NCBI GenBank assembly: GCA_030390025.1
Contig: CM059432.1
Span: 103,602,001 to 103,666,000, forward strand
Reading direction: 5' to 3'
From: Squalus acanthias
Taxonomy: Eukaryota
Length of the DNA: 64,000 nucleotides
The notes below the pieces were generated by a model. That model had not been told where the DNA came from. It did no database searches and was given only the letters and a program-made list of their open reading frames with translations. A program made the position numbers and the translations under genes. Below, one piece after another: positions 50,695 through 62,806 of this stretch (position 1 is its first letter; the number at the start of each line of letters is the position of its first letter).

Positions 50695-52270
50695 CAATGA
50701 CTTGCATTTATATAGCACCTAAATGTCCCATGGCACATCACAGGAGCTTAATCAGACAAAAATTGACACCAAGTCAAGGAAGGAGATATTAGGACAGGTG
50801 ACCAGAAATAGCTTTTAAAGAGCATCTTAAAGGAGGAAAGAGAGAGCTGAAGAGGCGGGGAGGTTTAGGGAGGGAATTCCAGAGCTTAGGGCCTAGACGG
50901 CTGAAGGTACAGAGGCCAATGTGGGGCAATGGAAGTGGGGGGCCACAAGAGGCCAGAGTTGGAGGGATGCAGAGTTCCCGGAGCATTGATGGGCTGGAGG
51001 AAGTTGTTGAAATAGGGAGAGGTGAGGCCATGTAAGAATTTGAACAAGATGATGAGAATTTTAAAATGGTGGACCGGGAGCCAATGTAGGTCAGCAAGCA
51101 TAGGGGGTGATAGGTGAATGGGACTTGGTGCAAGTTAGGATACGGCCAGCAGAGTTTTAGATGAACTCAAGTTTATGTTGGGTGGAAGATGAGAGGCTGG
51201 CCAGGAGAGCGTTGGAGTAGTCGAGTCTGGGGGTAACAAAGGCATGGATAAGGATTTCAACAGTAACTGGGCTGAAGCACAGGCAGATACAGGCGGTGTT
51301 ACCTAGGTGGAAGTAGGTGCCCTTTGTGATGGAGTGCTGGGTGTCATCAGCCTACAGGAATCTGACGTTGTGTCTTCGGATGATATTGCTGAGGAGCAGC
51401 AAGTAGATGAGAAATAGGATAGGGCCACGGATAGATGCTTGAGTCTCCAGAGGTAACAGTACAGGGGCGGAAGAGAAGTTATTGCAGGAGATTCTTTGGC
51501 TATGACTAGATAAGCAAGAGTGGAACCAGACGAGGGCAGTCCCACTCAGTTCGACAATGGAGGAGATGCATTGGAGGAGGGTAGTGTGGTCAACCACGTC
51601 AAAAGCTGCAGACAGGTCAAGAAGGATGAGAAGGGATAGTTTATTACAATATCAATCACAGAGGATGCAATTCATGAATTTGATTGCGGCTGCTTCAGTG
51701 CTGTGACGGGTGTAAACCTGGTTGGAGAGGTTCTGTGGGAAAGATGGGCAAGGATTTTGAAGGCAACAACATGTTCAAGGACTTTGGAGAGGGAAGGGAG
51801 ATCCTTGGGGATTGGGTGTTAGTTTGCAAGGACAGAGATGTCAAGAGTGGGTTTTTGGAGGAGGTGGGGGATGACAGCAGATTTGAAAGGGAGCAGAACA
51901 ATACCCAGGAAGAGAAGTTGGGTGGTCAGCAGGTTAGTGGGAATAGGGTCGAGAGAACAGGAGGTCGGTCTCATGGAACTCGGAGAGGGCATTAGGGGAA
52001 ATAGGAGATAAACTAGAGAGAGATGCGAGTTCAGGGCTAGGGTAATGAGGAGCCTTGTGGGAAGCTTGGCTTGGTGGGCAAAGGGAAGTGGGAAAGTAGC
52101 AGAGGCAGCTGAAGAGATGGTCTCAATATACTGACAAAGAAGTCCATGAGCTCCACGCACTTGTTGGAAAGGAGGGTCGAAGGGGCGGGGGAGAGGGGCT
52201 GAAGGAGATGGTTGGTAGTGGAGAAAAGAAGCTAGTGGTTACCTATGCATTCCAGGATGATCCTGGAGTA
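50695..52270 (-). mobile_element. L2 LINE, degraded ORF2 and 3' end
   Basis: LADLHWLPV..FKILI, PTSCSLDPIPTNLL, SGTALVWFHSCLS; tail CTATATAAATGCAAGTC. Confidence 0.88.
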
Positions 52271-53329
52271 GTGAACCGGCAACCTTATTAAAGCTTGTTA
52301 CGTACTCTGCACAGTACCAAGCTGGTACTATAATGGTGTTTTTTTCCCTGAACAGGTGGTAGTTTTTTAAAGAACAGAAGCGTGCTGCATTATGCTGAGA
52401 TGGGTGGCTGCAGTTTTGAGATCTGGGCTGGCAGTCCCTGCTTTCTATTGCTTGGCTGCAACTGCAATTCCCCTGTCAAGGAGAGAGCTCTAGACATGCA
52501 AGGCTACCCGCAAACGCAGGGATCTCTGCAACTGTAAATGTTTTGAGAATGTGGGAAAGATTTAACTTAACTCCAGGTAGATTTGAAAAGTGCCCAGGAG
52601 CTCCAACGAACCCTCTGAGCAGCTGTAAACCAGATTTGACATTTCTCTGGAGTTATACACCATGCAGCGTCAAGACCCAAACAGTGTTAACTCTAGGAGT
52701 CGGGTCAGGCCATAATTCCAGATTTATAGTGCAATTTTAGGATTGCTGCAAAGTGGAAATTAGCAAGGAAAAACAGATTTTACAGAAAATATGACCAAAT
52801 GTATTTCACATTTCTACAGTGTTACGGGGTGTTTTTCTCAACTTGCTTATAGTTTGGTATTTAAAAAAATGCAAGTCAGACCAGGATAAATTTATAGGGT
52901 AGAATAAGTATAGAGTAGAATTATGCAACACATGACTGACTGATTTAAGTAGTTACCTCGCAGATATGCAGAATTTGTTTTAGCTGTGAGTATTGGCTCA
53001 TCCTTTTTTTAAAAAGCTTTCATTAAAAAAATCATGTATATTTTATTGCATAATCCTCTAGTGTGCCTGTGCCATATTTCCAAAATTGCACATGATACAA
53101 CATATTCAGTATTCACTGTATTGTCTGAAGCAAATGACCTTGTCATTTTCACCTGATGTTACACTATGTACTAGAATTAACCTGTAATTTCTGTCCTCCT
53201 CCAACATTCATCCGTTGTTTTTAATTACAAGTTTCCCTTGGCTTGTGTAGTCAATTCACTGTGATACAACACCAGCCATTCAACGCACTATAAATATATA
53301 AAATGATAGATCGGTGGGGATATATTATC

Positions 53330-53670
53330 AAGGTGTGGTTTTGCGTGTCACAAATAGCGATTTATTTAATCAATAGTTTCATCCAACTAGCTGATCTCAG
53401 CCAGAATGACAGTGGAGGTGCTACAACTGGCCTTAGTGTCCCCAAGCTAGGGAGGGGAAAATCCATCAAGCTTCCTGCCCTAATGATTAATCACAATACA
53501 GTAACTCCTTCTGAAAGTGAATGTATGTGGGTGTCAGGTGATGACAGGGTGAGGATCAGCAGTGATGCTTCTATGGTCAATAGTCACACTCTACCTTGGT
53601 TCCCACAGGAAAGCCCATAGAATTGTACCCAAGTGTATGTCACCATCTTTAACAAACAGGGAGTAAGGAA
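53330..53670 (+). mobile_element. SINE family C (AmnSINE2-like)
   Basis: TAGCTGATCTCAGCCAG..GCTACAACTGGCCTTAGTGTCCCCAAGCTAGGGAGGGGAAAA. Confidence 0.65.
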
Positions 53671-54077
53671 AGAAAACTGTGAAACAACAAATGGTGATTT
53701 ATTTGGAGGTGAATGTTCAATCACCCTATGAGTCATGCAGTTAATTATTCATGTCACTAAAACAATGATGTCTGAGTGGTGTGTAGAGTGAGAGGTAACT
53801 CCAGGATGGCAAGCAAAAAGGAATTCATGCCATTGTCAGCAACAAAAGGCAAAATGCCTGAGTCTGTTCCATAGTATCCTGTCAGTGAGCAATTGAGGAT
53901 TTCCAGAGTCCATCAGGTGTGGTGCATTCTTTGTGACGCTGTCAATGACACGAATAACAAATGGCCATGTTGTAACTTTTTTTTTCTACCAGTATCTGGA
54001 ACTAATGCTACAGAAAGTCACCCTTCTGGTGATATGTGCATTATTTGAGCCATTGAAAATCAGTAAAGATATTGTGA

Positions 54078-54955
54078 TAGGCTGACCAAAAGTCCCAGTT
54101 TTCCAGAGACAGTCCCCAGATTAGGTACTGTGTCCCCGGGCAAACAACGACCCCGGAAGAGTCCCCGGTTCAGGAAACTCATCCCCGAATAGAGCCATAT
54201 TCATTGGTCGGCTGGAGTTGGAATTTAACTTTATTTTTGGATAAATTGGAAAAATTCAATCTTTGTTTTTTTAAACACAAATGTACAGAAACCCCGGGGG
54301 GAGATTCTTGTCCCGTTCGCACCGGTTTGAGCTCAGGAACGGATTCCAGGAGTCAGTTGAACAAAGGCGATGATGGCGACCCCACCTTCCCACAATGCAG
54401 CGTGGCAGAGAAAAGGCCCCATCGATAGATCGGGCCACACTGCACTCTGGGGGATTGAGTCATCTGACCCCATGTTTTGGCCAATAGTGACTGGCCGGAG
54501 GGCGGAACCTTTAAAATATGCGGGAGAAGCCGAGGGCGCGGTGAGAGCTGGTGGGTGAGTGTATTTACTTTACCTCAGAGATCAGTGTGGTGCATCGCGT
54601 TTTTTTAAATGAATAAGGCAAGCTCTAAATTCTACCACTGGCAAGAGATTTCTGAAACCTTCTGAGACGAAGGGTGTTTCACACCATATATGTAAAATGT
54701 CAGTCTGTTTGGAACAGATTAAAATTGAAAAATTAAAAATTAGGGTACTCAGGGAGGAGTATAGATGGAAGACTCTATTGCTAGAACACACGCAAGATTC
54801 AAAAATCGGTGTAAAGTGAAAATGTCTCTACACATATTCCACTAGCAGAAACAACAAAGTCGTCATGCCAGTTTTCTTGAAATGCGTCCTGGATTCTTTG
54901 CTGTGCTCCCACCCTGTGTGTCCCCGGATTTGATTTAGAAAATATGGTCACCCTA
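54078..54955. mobile_element. Non-autonomous hAT (Blackjack-type) element with 8-bp TSD
   Basis: TIRs TAGGCTGACCA and TGGTCACCCTA; perfect TATTGTGA at 54070-54077 and 54956-54963; subterminal GTCCCC repeats. Confidence 0.88.
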
Positions 54956-55411
54956 TATTGTGACCACTTTTTTTCATCGGCCCTTCTATACTAAGAGCTC
55001 TTTCAATATAAACCTTTTTGCAGAACATAACCCACAAGGACAGTGGTGTTAACAAGATTTCAGACAAGGGAGTGGAAGACCCCTATTAAGATGATCCGAG
55101 GGCTGTTTCTCTGGAAATGTGAAACATCAGATGTCATATGATGTACTTTGGGCCAGTATTTTCTAAAAGATCACAAAGGAGGGGTTGGATCACGTACCTC
55201 TGCTGTATGAGAGTCTGAAGACTAGTCTGGCAGCATTAGAGGTTCATGATACCTAGCAACTAAATTATTGTGAATACTAATTCTTTCCACAAACCTCTCA
55301 CATATCCTCAAATAACATGTGATACTCTGAACATGATTGGTATATTACTGTACCTCAGGTGTTCAGAAAGGGGGAGTCTGATAGCCTGAGAATTGTGCAA
55401 AAATCCACAAT

Positions 55412-55513
55412 AAGAACATAAGAACATAAGAAATAGGAGCAGGAGTAGGCCAATTGGCCCCTCGAGCCTGCTCCGCCATTCAATAAGATCATGGCTGATC
55501 TGATCCTAACCGC
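55412..55513 (-). mobile_element. Very short young CR1 3' end, (CTTATGTT)n tail
   Basis: TAAGAACATAAGAACATAAGAAATAGGAGCAGGAGTAGGCC..GATCATGGCTGATC. Confidence 0.9.
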
Positions 55514-56069
55514 CAATCTACTATCTACTATCTACAATCTACAATGCACCATCATGGAATCAATACCAGTAGTGTGATTATTTATCACTGTGTTGTAAAA
55601 TCACTCAATCAGTACATTGATTTTTAGAATTTTAATCATGGCCTTCATATACTTCTGCCTGCTGCTGGTATATTTAATTTTGCTTCGTCCCTCGGTGCTC
55701 AAGTGTTGTATAGCTCAAGTCATATAGACCAAAAGGAACCAGGTTCAGTTCAATAAGAAGACATATTCTCAGGCCTGTTTCAGCAGGCTCCATTTTGGTA
55801 ACTGTGATATAAAATATTACAGACAGATTCATTCTTGTCTATTACATTTCAACAATTTCCGAATCATGAATACAAGCCATTATTTTAATATTTTAGCCAA
55901 ATCCATTTACCCTGGCAGTTCCTCAAGAGATTAGTGTGTCGATGCACTGTGTAATATAGTACTAAAACAGACAAGTAGATTTTACAAATTAGCACTGCTG
56001 GCATCGTGCTTCACACAACAGGAATGCACAAGTGCTATTTGGGCTATTTGGAAAAGTTTGCACAGGCTC

Positions 56070-56295
56070 ACTCGTTTCTAAAGTCTACCCCATAGAGTCC
56101 AGGAAGGCCTTAGATTCAATTCCTGGTCAATGTTGTGTTAATTGATCTCAACCAAGATGGCAGTGGGGGCACTACAGTTGGCCTCAAAATCTCTGGTTAG
56201 AGAGAAGAAAATCAACCAGGGTACCCATTCCTGATTGCTTTCCAGCAATTCCTGTTCGAGGTTTCTGTGTGAATGTCAGGCTAGTACAGCTATGA
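56070..56295 (+). mobile_element. SINE family C
   Basis: CCAGGAAGGCC..TGATCTCAACC..GGGGCACTACAGTTGGCCTCA. Confidence 0.65.
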
Positions 56296-56864
56296 TTGTG
56301 ACTTTAGGGTTAACGATTCAAGATTGTAAGTCAGTTATGTGTAATGTAAGAAAAGGTAAGGAGCAGGCGTGCTGAGTAAATATAAATCGAGGGCGGTGGG
56401 AGGGCCAGTGCAGACCACTGGGAGCTGGCTATGGGGCGAGTGCCTCAGGTTGGGGAGACCGATGGAAACTGTAAGAATTACAGAATGTTACAGCATAGAC
56501 GAACAGCCTATTTTGCTCATCATCTAGCATCTCAGAATTACTACTGTTGTTAGTCTATTATGTCTGAGTCTATTTTAATAGAAAACCCATACAACAGTGA
56601 TAGCTTCTCCCCCTGACCTACTAACTCACTCTGTCCGTGGTTGCAAATCAGAAGGACCAACTGGGCATGATAATAAAAAGCTACTGGGACCTGTTGAACA
56701 ATCACTTGCTCCCCTCAGCAGAGAAAGGTAGAAAAACCGGAGGCAACAAAAAAACTTGTTTAGTTAAAAAACAAATTCAGATTTTCACATTACTCGAAAG
56801 TACATTTTCACAGCCACCGTTCACAGCCTTTCAATCTTAATGTGTGAGCCGAGAGAGATTACTC

Positions 56865-57115
56865 AACCATTGAGGGTATCAGAGCCAAACACTAGCCTGT
56901 GCTACATAGCAATCTATGGGCATTTTACAGCAGGATAGCAACCAAGATTTGGAACCCTGGCTACTTATTTCTCCTCCTCCTAGTTCAGCGGTGCTGAGGC
57001 CAAATGTAGCTGCTCTGGCTGAGATCTTCTAACTCAGCACAGACTGGATGGAGGCTGTCTGTGTGGCTTAGTACAATAACTGCACAATACGTTTAGTGAA
57101 TAAGCCATCAGGGGG
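56865..57115 (-). mobile_element. SINE family C
   Basis: GGTGCTGAGGCCAAATGTAGC..GGCTGAGATC..CTAACTCAGCACAGAC is the reverse complement of the core. Confidence 0.65.
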
Positions 57116-57619
57116 AAAGGTATTTTAAACAACAATTGCTTTTTATTTACTAATGAAGCATGGAAGCTACCTCCCCATTCTTTGTTTAAGAATGCAGTTC
57201 TTCCCTTGTACCCAAACAATTACTGGCATGTTAACCACCTCAATAAATGCATACCTTGGAGCTCATTATTTACCAAGTGAACATATGGTTTGTTTCAGTT
57301 CAGAAATTTCAAATTCTGTAGCAAATTCATGCTGAATAAGAAACAAGCTCGCAAAGTGCTGCATACAGAATTATACCCTGCACAAGTCAAAGGTCGACAC
57401 CAGAAATCTTTCATTGTATTATAAAGCTGTTCATTTTATCAAAAGAGATGTAATTTTTGTCAGTAATTAATGAAATGGAAAAACAGTGAATGCTGGCTTA
57501 GTTCTCCAGTCTCAGCCATTACTGTTATTCAGAAGTATCACAGTCCAATGCACTGATTTCTCTGACATTCAGCTGGACACTTTGTAGCTATGGAACACTA
57601 TATCTTAAAGAAGGGAAAA

Positions 57620-57800
57620 AGCCAAAGGATTCCAGGTTTGATTTCCACTCTGCGCTGATATAACTGATCTCAACAAGGCCAACAGTTGGGCACTACAATT
57701 CACCTTAGTACCCCCTCGGTTAGCAAAAGATAAATCAGCTCGGACATTAACCAGTGACTCCTGCTGCAACGTGCATAGACTTCAGGTGAGAACAGAGCTT
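57620..57800 (+). mobile_element. SINE family C
   Basis: TCCAGGTTTGAT..TGATCTCAAC..GGGCACTACAATT. Confidence 0.6.
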
Positions 57801-57849
57801 CGCCGTTAACCGCTCCCCTCCCCCCCCCACCCCCCAGCCATCAATTAGC

Positions 57850-58172
57850 CTGAATTGCAATAGTTTGGCGGGTTGAGAGCGGGGTGGCTTGGAAATGATC
57901 GGGAAACCCAGGAGGACGGGTTTCCCACAGGCTCTGATGAATTTAACGGCAGGGCCTGATTTGCTTTGGAAACCTGTGTTTCCCCCCCGCAGCCACAGAT
58001 TAAGAGGCCGGCTGGCTCCGGGCGGGTAGGCCTGCGGCACTAGGCCGCAGAGAGCAGGGAGGGAGGGAGCACGTGGGGGCCGGGGGGGTGGTTTGGGGGG
58101 GGGGGTGGTGCCGGAGGAGCACGGAGAGCACTTTTCCACTTCTGCCCTTGCCAGCCTGTGATTTTCCACCCA
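57850..58172. mobile_element. GC-rich MITE-like element
   Basis: Abrupt GC-rich block. GGAAACCC..GGGTTTCC internal palindrome; GGAGGAGCACGGAGAGC motif also present at ~61709-61722. Confidence 0.5.
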
Positions 58173-58184
58173 TTTGTTTTAATG

Positions 58185-58603
58185 AAAGAAAGAAAGACTT
58201 GCATTTATATAATGGCTTTCACAACCTCAGGACATCCCAAAGCGCTTTTGAAGTTAGGCACTGTTGTAATGCAGGAAATGGGGCAGCCAATTTGCGCACA
58301 GCAAAACCAGATCATTTGTTTTTAGATGTTGCTGGAGGGATAAATATTGGCCAGACACCGGGGTAACTCCCCTGCTCCTCTTCAAAATAGTGCCATGGGA
58401 TCTTTTACATCCAACTGAGAGGGCAGGCGGGGCCTCGGTTTAATGCCTCATCCGAAAGATGGCACCTCCAACAGTGCAGCACTCGCTCAGTACTTCACTG
58501 AAGTGTCAGCCTAGATATTGTGCTCAAGTCTCTGGAGTTGGGCTTGAACCCACAACTTTGCGACTGAGAGGTGAGAGTGCTACCAACTGAGCCACAGCTG
58601 ACA
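58185..58603 (-). mobile_element. DeuSINE (SacSINE1-like), full length
   Basis: Head TGTCAGCTGTGGCTCAGTTGGTAGCACTCTC and tail TATATAAATGCAAGTCTTTCTTC on the minus strand. Confidence 0.88.
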
Positions 58604-60091
58604 CTATCATGTAATTGTGGGTTGGCAAGTGCAGAAGCAGCTGTAGTGCCCGAACAGCTGTCCCAGCTGAGATAAACTAACTCTAGAACAAACCAGGAGT
58701 CAATCCTAGAACCTTCTCTTCTACGTCACTTAGTGTTACTCTAGACAGTGCCTTACCTCACAGGCTCGCAAAAAAACACAAAATGCATGACTTTTTGAGG
58801 GCTCAGAGTGGAGACAGAGTCCACCCTGTCATCTGAGGAATGGTGTAGCTGTAAAATGTTAACTAGTAAGTTTTTAACAGTAGATGAAAGATAGAAGGCC
58901 TTCTATAATTATTCAGACAAGGTAGTTGATGATTGCAGTGTTACATTCATTCTGTCACAACAAGATTCTTTCAATGCCTAGCTACATTTTTACTGTCTCC
59001 TGACTCATCAATGATCGATTGTCTAATTTTGAAATTTCCCCAATTAAAGCATATCTAACAACTTAAAACTAACTGAAAGGTCTGAACTAATTGTGGGCTT
59101 TAGGAACAAAGGGGTGAATTTCTGTGGGAGAACTCCTGCGGAACTTTACCCCCACAGTGTTCATCATAAAGCTTTTGCTCTATGCCAAAATGAAGAGTAG
59201 TGTGCTAAAACCCATACTGGACATTCACCCTTTAGCTGATTGTACTTTAAGTAATATTACAGTAGGAAAAGAACAGCAACTGACCATTTCAGCCATGACC
59301 AAATGGACAATTTCAGTTTCTTTGGGGAAGAAAGGGTTAAGTGCTTGAAGCTGTCATGGATAGTATTCTACCATGAAAGATTACAGCTTGTGAGGTTTCT
59401 AATTCCATGAAACTTTGTTTTAAAAGGTATAGAAAATAACAGATAATCCCCTTGCCAGGCTGAAGTGAATCTGTCATCACCTTACAGCTCACACAAGCTC
59501 TTCTTTACGTTCCACAGGCCTTGGATGTGTAGCACAGTTTCCTCTCTGTGGTTCTGTGCACACCTAGATCCATTTATAGCAGGCTGTGACTCTGATTACA
59601 GATTTATTAGGAGTTAGTTCATATAAATTGTTCATATGTGTTACTGATGTGAATAATTAAATTGTGAAATCAAAGTGCACACTTCCTGTTACAAGTTTGA
59701 TACCAGTTTGAAACTTATTTCAATTTAGGCTCTTCACCTGTAACTAGTTTCAAACATAATTAGTTCACATGACAACTGGAAATATGATTTTGTTACTACT
59801 TGTAGATCTCCTATGGAATTGTACACAGGGAGTCAGGAATTTGTATCATTTCTGATGCAGTTCGCCCATCACTATTATACAGCAAATTTACTGAAGCAGT
59901 ATATCACACAACTTGTACAAGGTAAAAATATTACACCCCTTTAAACTCTGAAAGATGTAGACCTCACCAATATAATACTTGCAATACTATTGTTCCCTCC
60001 TCCATCCCATAAAACTTTTTTCTCAGCTATTTACATGATTGTAAAAGGTATTGTTTCTACCTGATCTCTCCCATTGAAAGAAGTATTCATC

Positions 60092-60270
60092 TGGAATTTT
60101 CACAGGGATTCTCCTGATCTCCTGCCATAACTTTGGTGGAAGATTGGCAGAACCGCAAGAGAAATGGCTTAAACAGCTTCTAATGGCTGTTTACACCAGT
60201 TCTCCAGGGTTTCTACTGATCTTCTGATGAAGTTACAGCAGAAAATCAGGAGAACCTTGTGGAAATTCTC
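60092..60270. mobile_element. ~180-bp fold-back palindrome (MITE-like)
   Basis: GAATTTTCACAGGGATTCTCCTGAT..AAACAGC pairs with GCTGTTT..ATCAGGAGAACCTTGTGGAAATTC along its length. Confidence 0.8.
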
Positions 60271-61397
60271 CCCCCACCCCAATCTTTTTATTATTTTTTT
60301 TCATTAATGGCACTTCACCATTGATATTTGTTAATTTTCTGTCTGAATGTCATGTAATATAGTTTCTCATGGTACACTCTGTATTGTGGGTCCACAAGAG
60401 CACTGTGAAAACTATAATTCCTGTGTTGCATCTCTCTCACACACACAAAATCTGTAGCAACCAAGGCTTCGCAATATTTCCAGCTTTGGGACTAAAGCAG
60501 AATTCAAGCCCAAGCCCAAGAGCAATGCAGGGATTTGTAACATTAAATTATTCTTTTTGTGAACTATGTATGTTTTAACTTATTTGTTATGTTCAAAAGT
60601 TTATTTTTGTTATTATATTCTTGGGTTACTAAAGAAGGAACATGAAAGTATATTTCAAAACAATTTGAACCCATTTCAGTGGTTCCCCTTTTTCCTCATT
60701 GCGAGCTATTTAACTGTTTGCTGATTCTTCATTAATAGTTCTCCTACCTGCATGCTGCTTGTTCATTGTGAACAGTAGATTTCCTATTTGCTTTTCTTCC
60801 TGTTCAGTAATATTCCAAGCAGTCAGCATTGTTTTGTTAACCTGTTATGAATATGACAGTTGAGCCAATCAAGGGAGTGCGAGGTACACTTATCATGATT
60901 GACACTTTGAAGTATGACATACACTTTGTATATTTTGAGGTGCAACAGATGTGTACTACATGCAAGACCTTTGGTTATGTAGATATACGGCATGCTTTAT
61001 ATCACGTATTTTTTTACAATTCTAATATATCCTTGAAAGCTTGATGTTTGTACGTCAGAATATATACATTATTTGCACCTCTGATATTAGATACCATTTG
61101 TCCTGTTATGATTCCGATGTCAGTGACCTCTTCTCTGTATCCCATTGTCACTCTCATTTCCCAGCAGTATACCTTTTATCTCCAACAATCCCCTACTCCT
61201 TGTCCTATTTCCCCAGAAGGTTCTTATTCAATTTGCATAGTCCATTCTCACTCCATTTTTTCTCTAATTTCCCTCGAATTGATCTCTTTTCACTAGCTTC
61301 TTTATCCCATTTTCTCTTTCTTTTTCCTGTTACCTTATCTCTTTTGCCCAGTTAGTCATGCTCCTGATTCTAATTTCTCTCATTTTCACCAGATTTT

Positions 61398-61970
61398 GGA
61401 CTGATTTTAACCCTGCCTACCTGGTGGAAACCCAACAGGTGGAGAAGTAAAATGGCCCGTGGGTCTTAACTGCACCAATTCCACTCTTCTGAGCAGCCGA
61501 GAGGGACACAATCCAGAAGTCATCAGGACCATTCTTTAAATATTCTGATCAGGCTCCATTAACATCATCGGGGCCTGACTGCAATTTTGACCAGAGGCCT
61601 ACATGGGCAACCCATTGAGGCTTCCCTCTGAGCCAAGCTAGCGGGAAGAGGAGCCGGGACCAAAAAGGTATTTTCTTTTCTTTTTTTTAATTTCCTTGTG
61701 GGGCCAGGAGGAGCAGGAGTGCTTCACCAGGCTCCACAAGAAAAATTTAGGCCTCCCTGCCCTGGGCTGCCCCCCTCCCCTGACTGTGAGACCCTCTTGA
61801 ACCTCTCCAAAACACGTACATTCCACTCCTGCCCACCAGCTAACTGCCACTTCTCGCTGGTTTCTGCTGGAAGTTAAAATCTCCCGGGCCTCATGGTTCC
61901 AATGTCTGGATGGTTTGCTGTCCATCTCAGCCCCTGCCCGGAAGACCCAGCCTCGAGTTAAAAACGAGCT
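61398..61970. mobile_element. GC-rich MITE-like element (GATTTTAAC..GTTAAAA ends)
   Basis: GATTTTAAC at 61403; GTTAAAA at 61873 and 61957. Confidence 0.6.
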
Positions 61971-62192
61971 TTTGTCTTTTCTTCTTGCTGGGCGCTTCTT
62001 CATATCTCACTCAGTCCTTTATTTCATCAACAATTTATCTTTTCTCCCCAGTGGCATTAATATCTTTCTTCCTTCTGTTACTTCTCGCTAATGACCCTCT
62101 TCCACGTTAAAATATTGTTAACCTGCTTCTGCATTTTGATTCTGTCATTTGTGTCTGTACGAATTCATTGAACTGTGAAGAAGTACATTGAA

Positions 62193-62806
62193 GCATTGAT
62201 TTTAACCCAGACCACCAGGTACAAACTGGGCGGGCGAGTAGTTCAAATGGCAGGGAGGGTTCACGCCACATTCCCACTCCACGCATTGAACTGCTGGGAT
62301 TCCAACAACGTGGAAGCCGCCCACCCCAGGCAAGCAGGGGCCTAATTAAAATGGGAAACCCATGAGCCGATGACATCTCGCCATTGTGCCGCGATTTTAA
62401 CTCCTGCGATCAGGGAGGCCCGCATGCAATGTTCCCTGTAAGCTGTGCTAACGGGATCCCGCGCAGCCGGCTTGGCGGCTTTTCAATGCAAAAACCGCGT
62501 AGGGTACATTGCTCGCATGCGCCGAACCCGCCAGCAAAAGCTGTCAGCGATCAGCTTTCTCTCCCACCTTCTCCGGCCCGGACCCCCACCAGCCCCCCAT
62601 CCTCATTTACCATACTGGGAGCTGGCCTACCACCCGATTACCTGCCCCCACCTGACACCTCTTACGTCATTCCTGCCAGCTTCGGGCGAGAGATAGTCCA
62701 GGGAAATGTAAATGAGGCCCGGGTGTTAAAATGGCCTGGGCTTCACATTCAGCTGTCCGTGAGGGCATCCTGTCTACCTCAAATGCAACCTGAGTTAAAA
62801 TTGGGA
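62193..62806. mobile_element. GC-rich MITE-like element (GATTTTAAC..GTTAAAAT ends)
   Basis: GATTTTAAC at 62198 and 62393; GTTAAAAT at 62725 and 62794. Confidence 0.6.
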
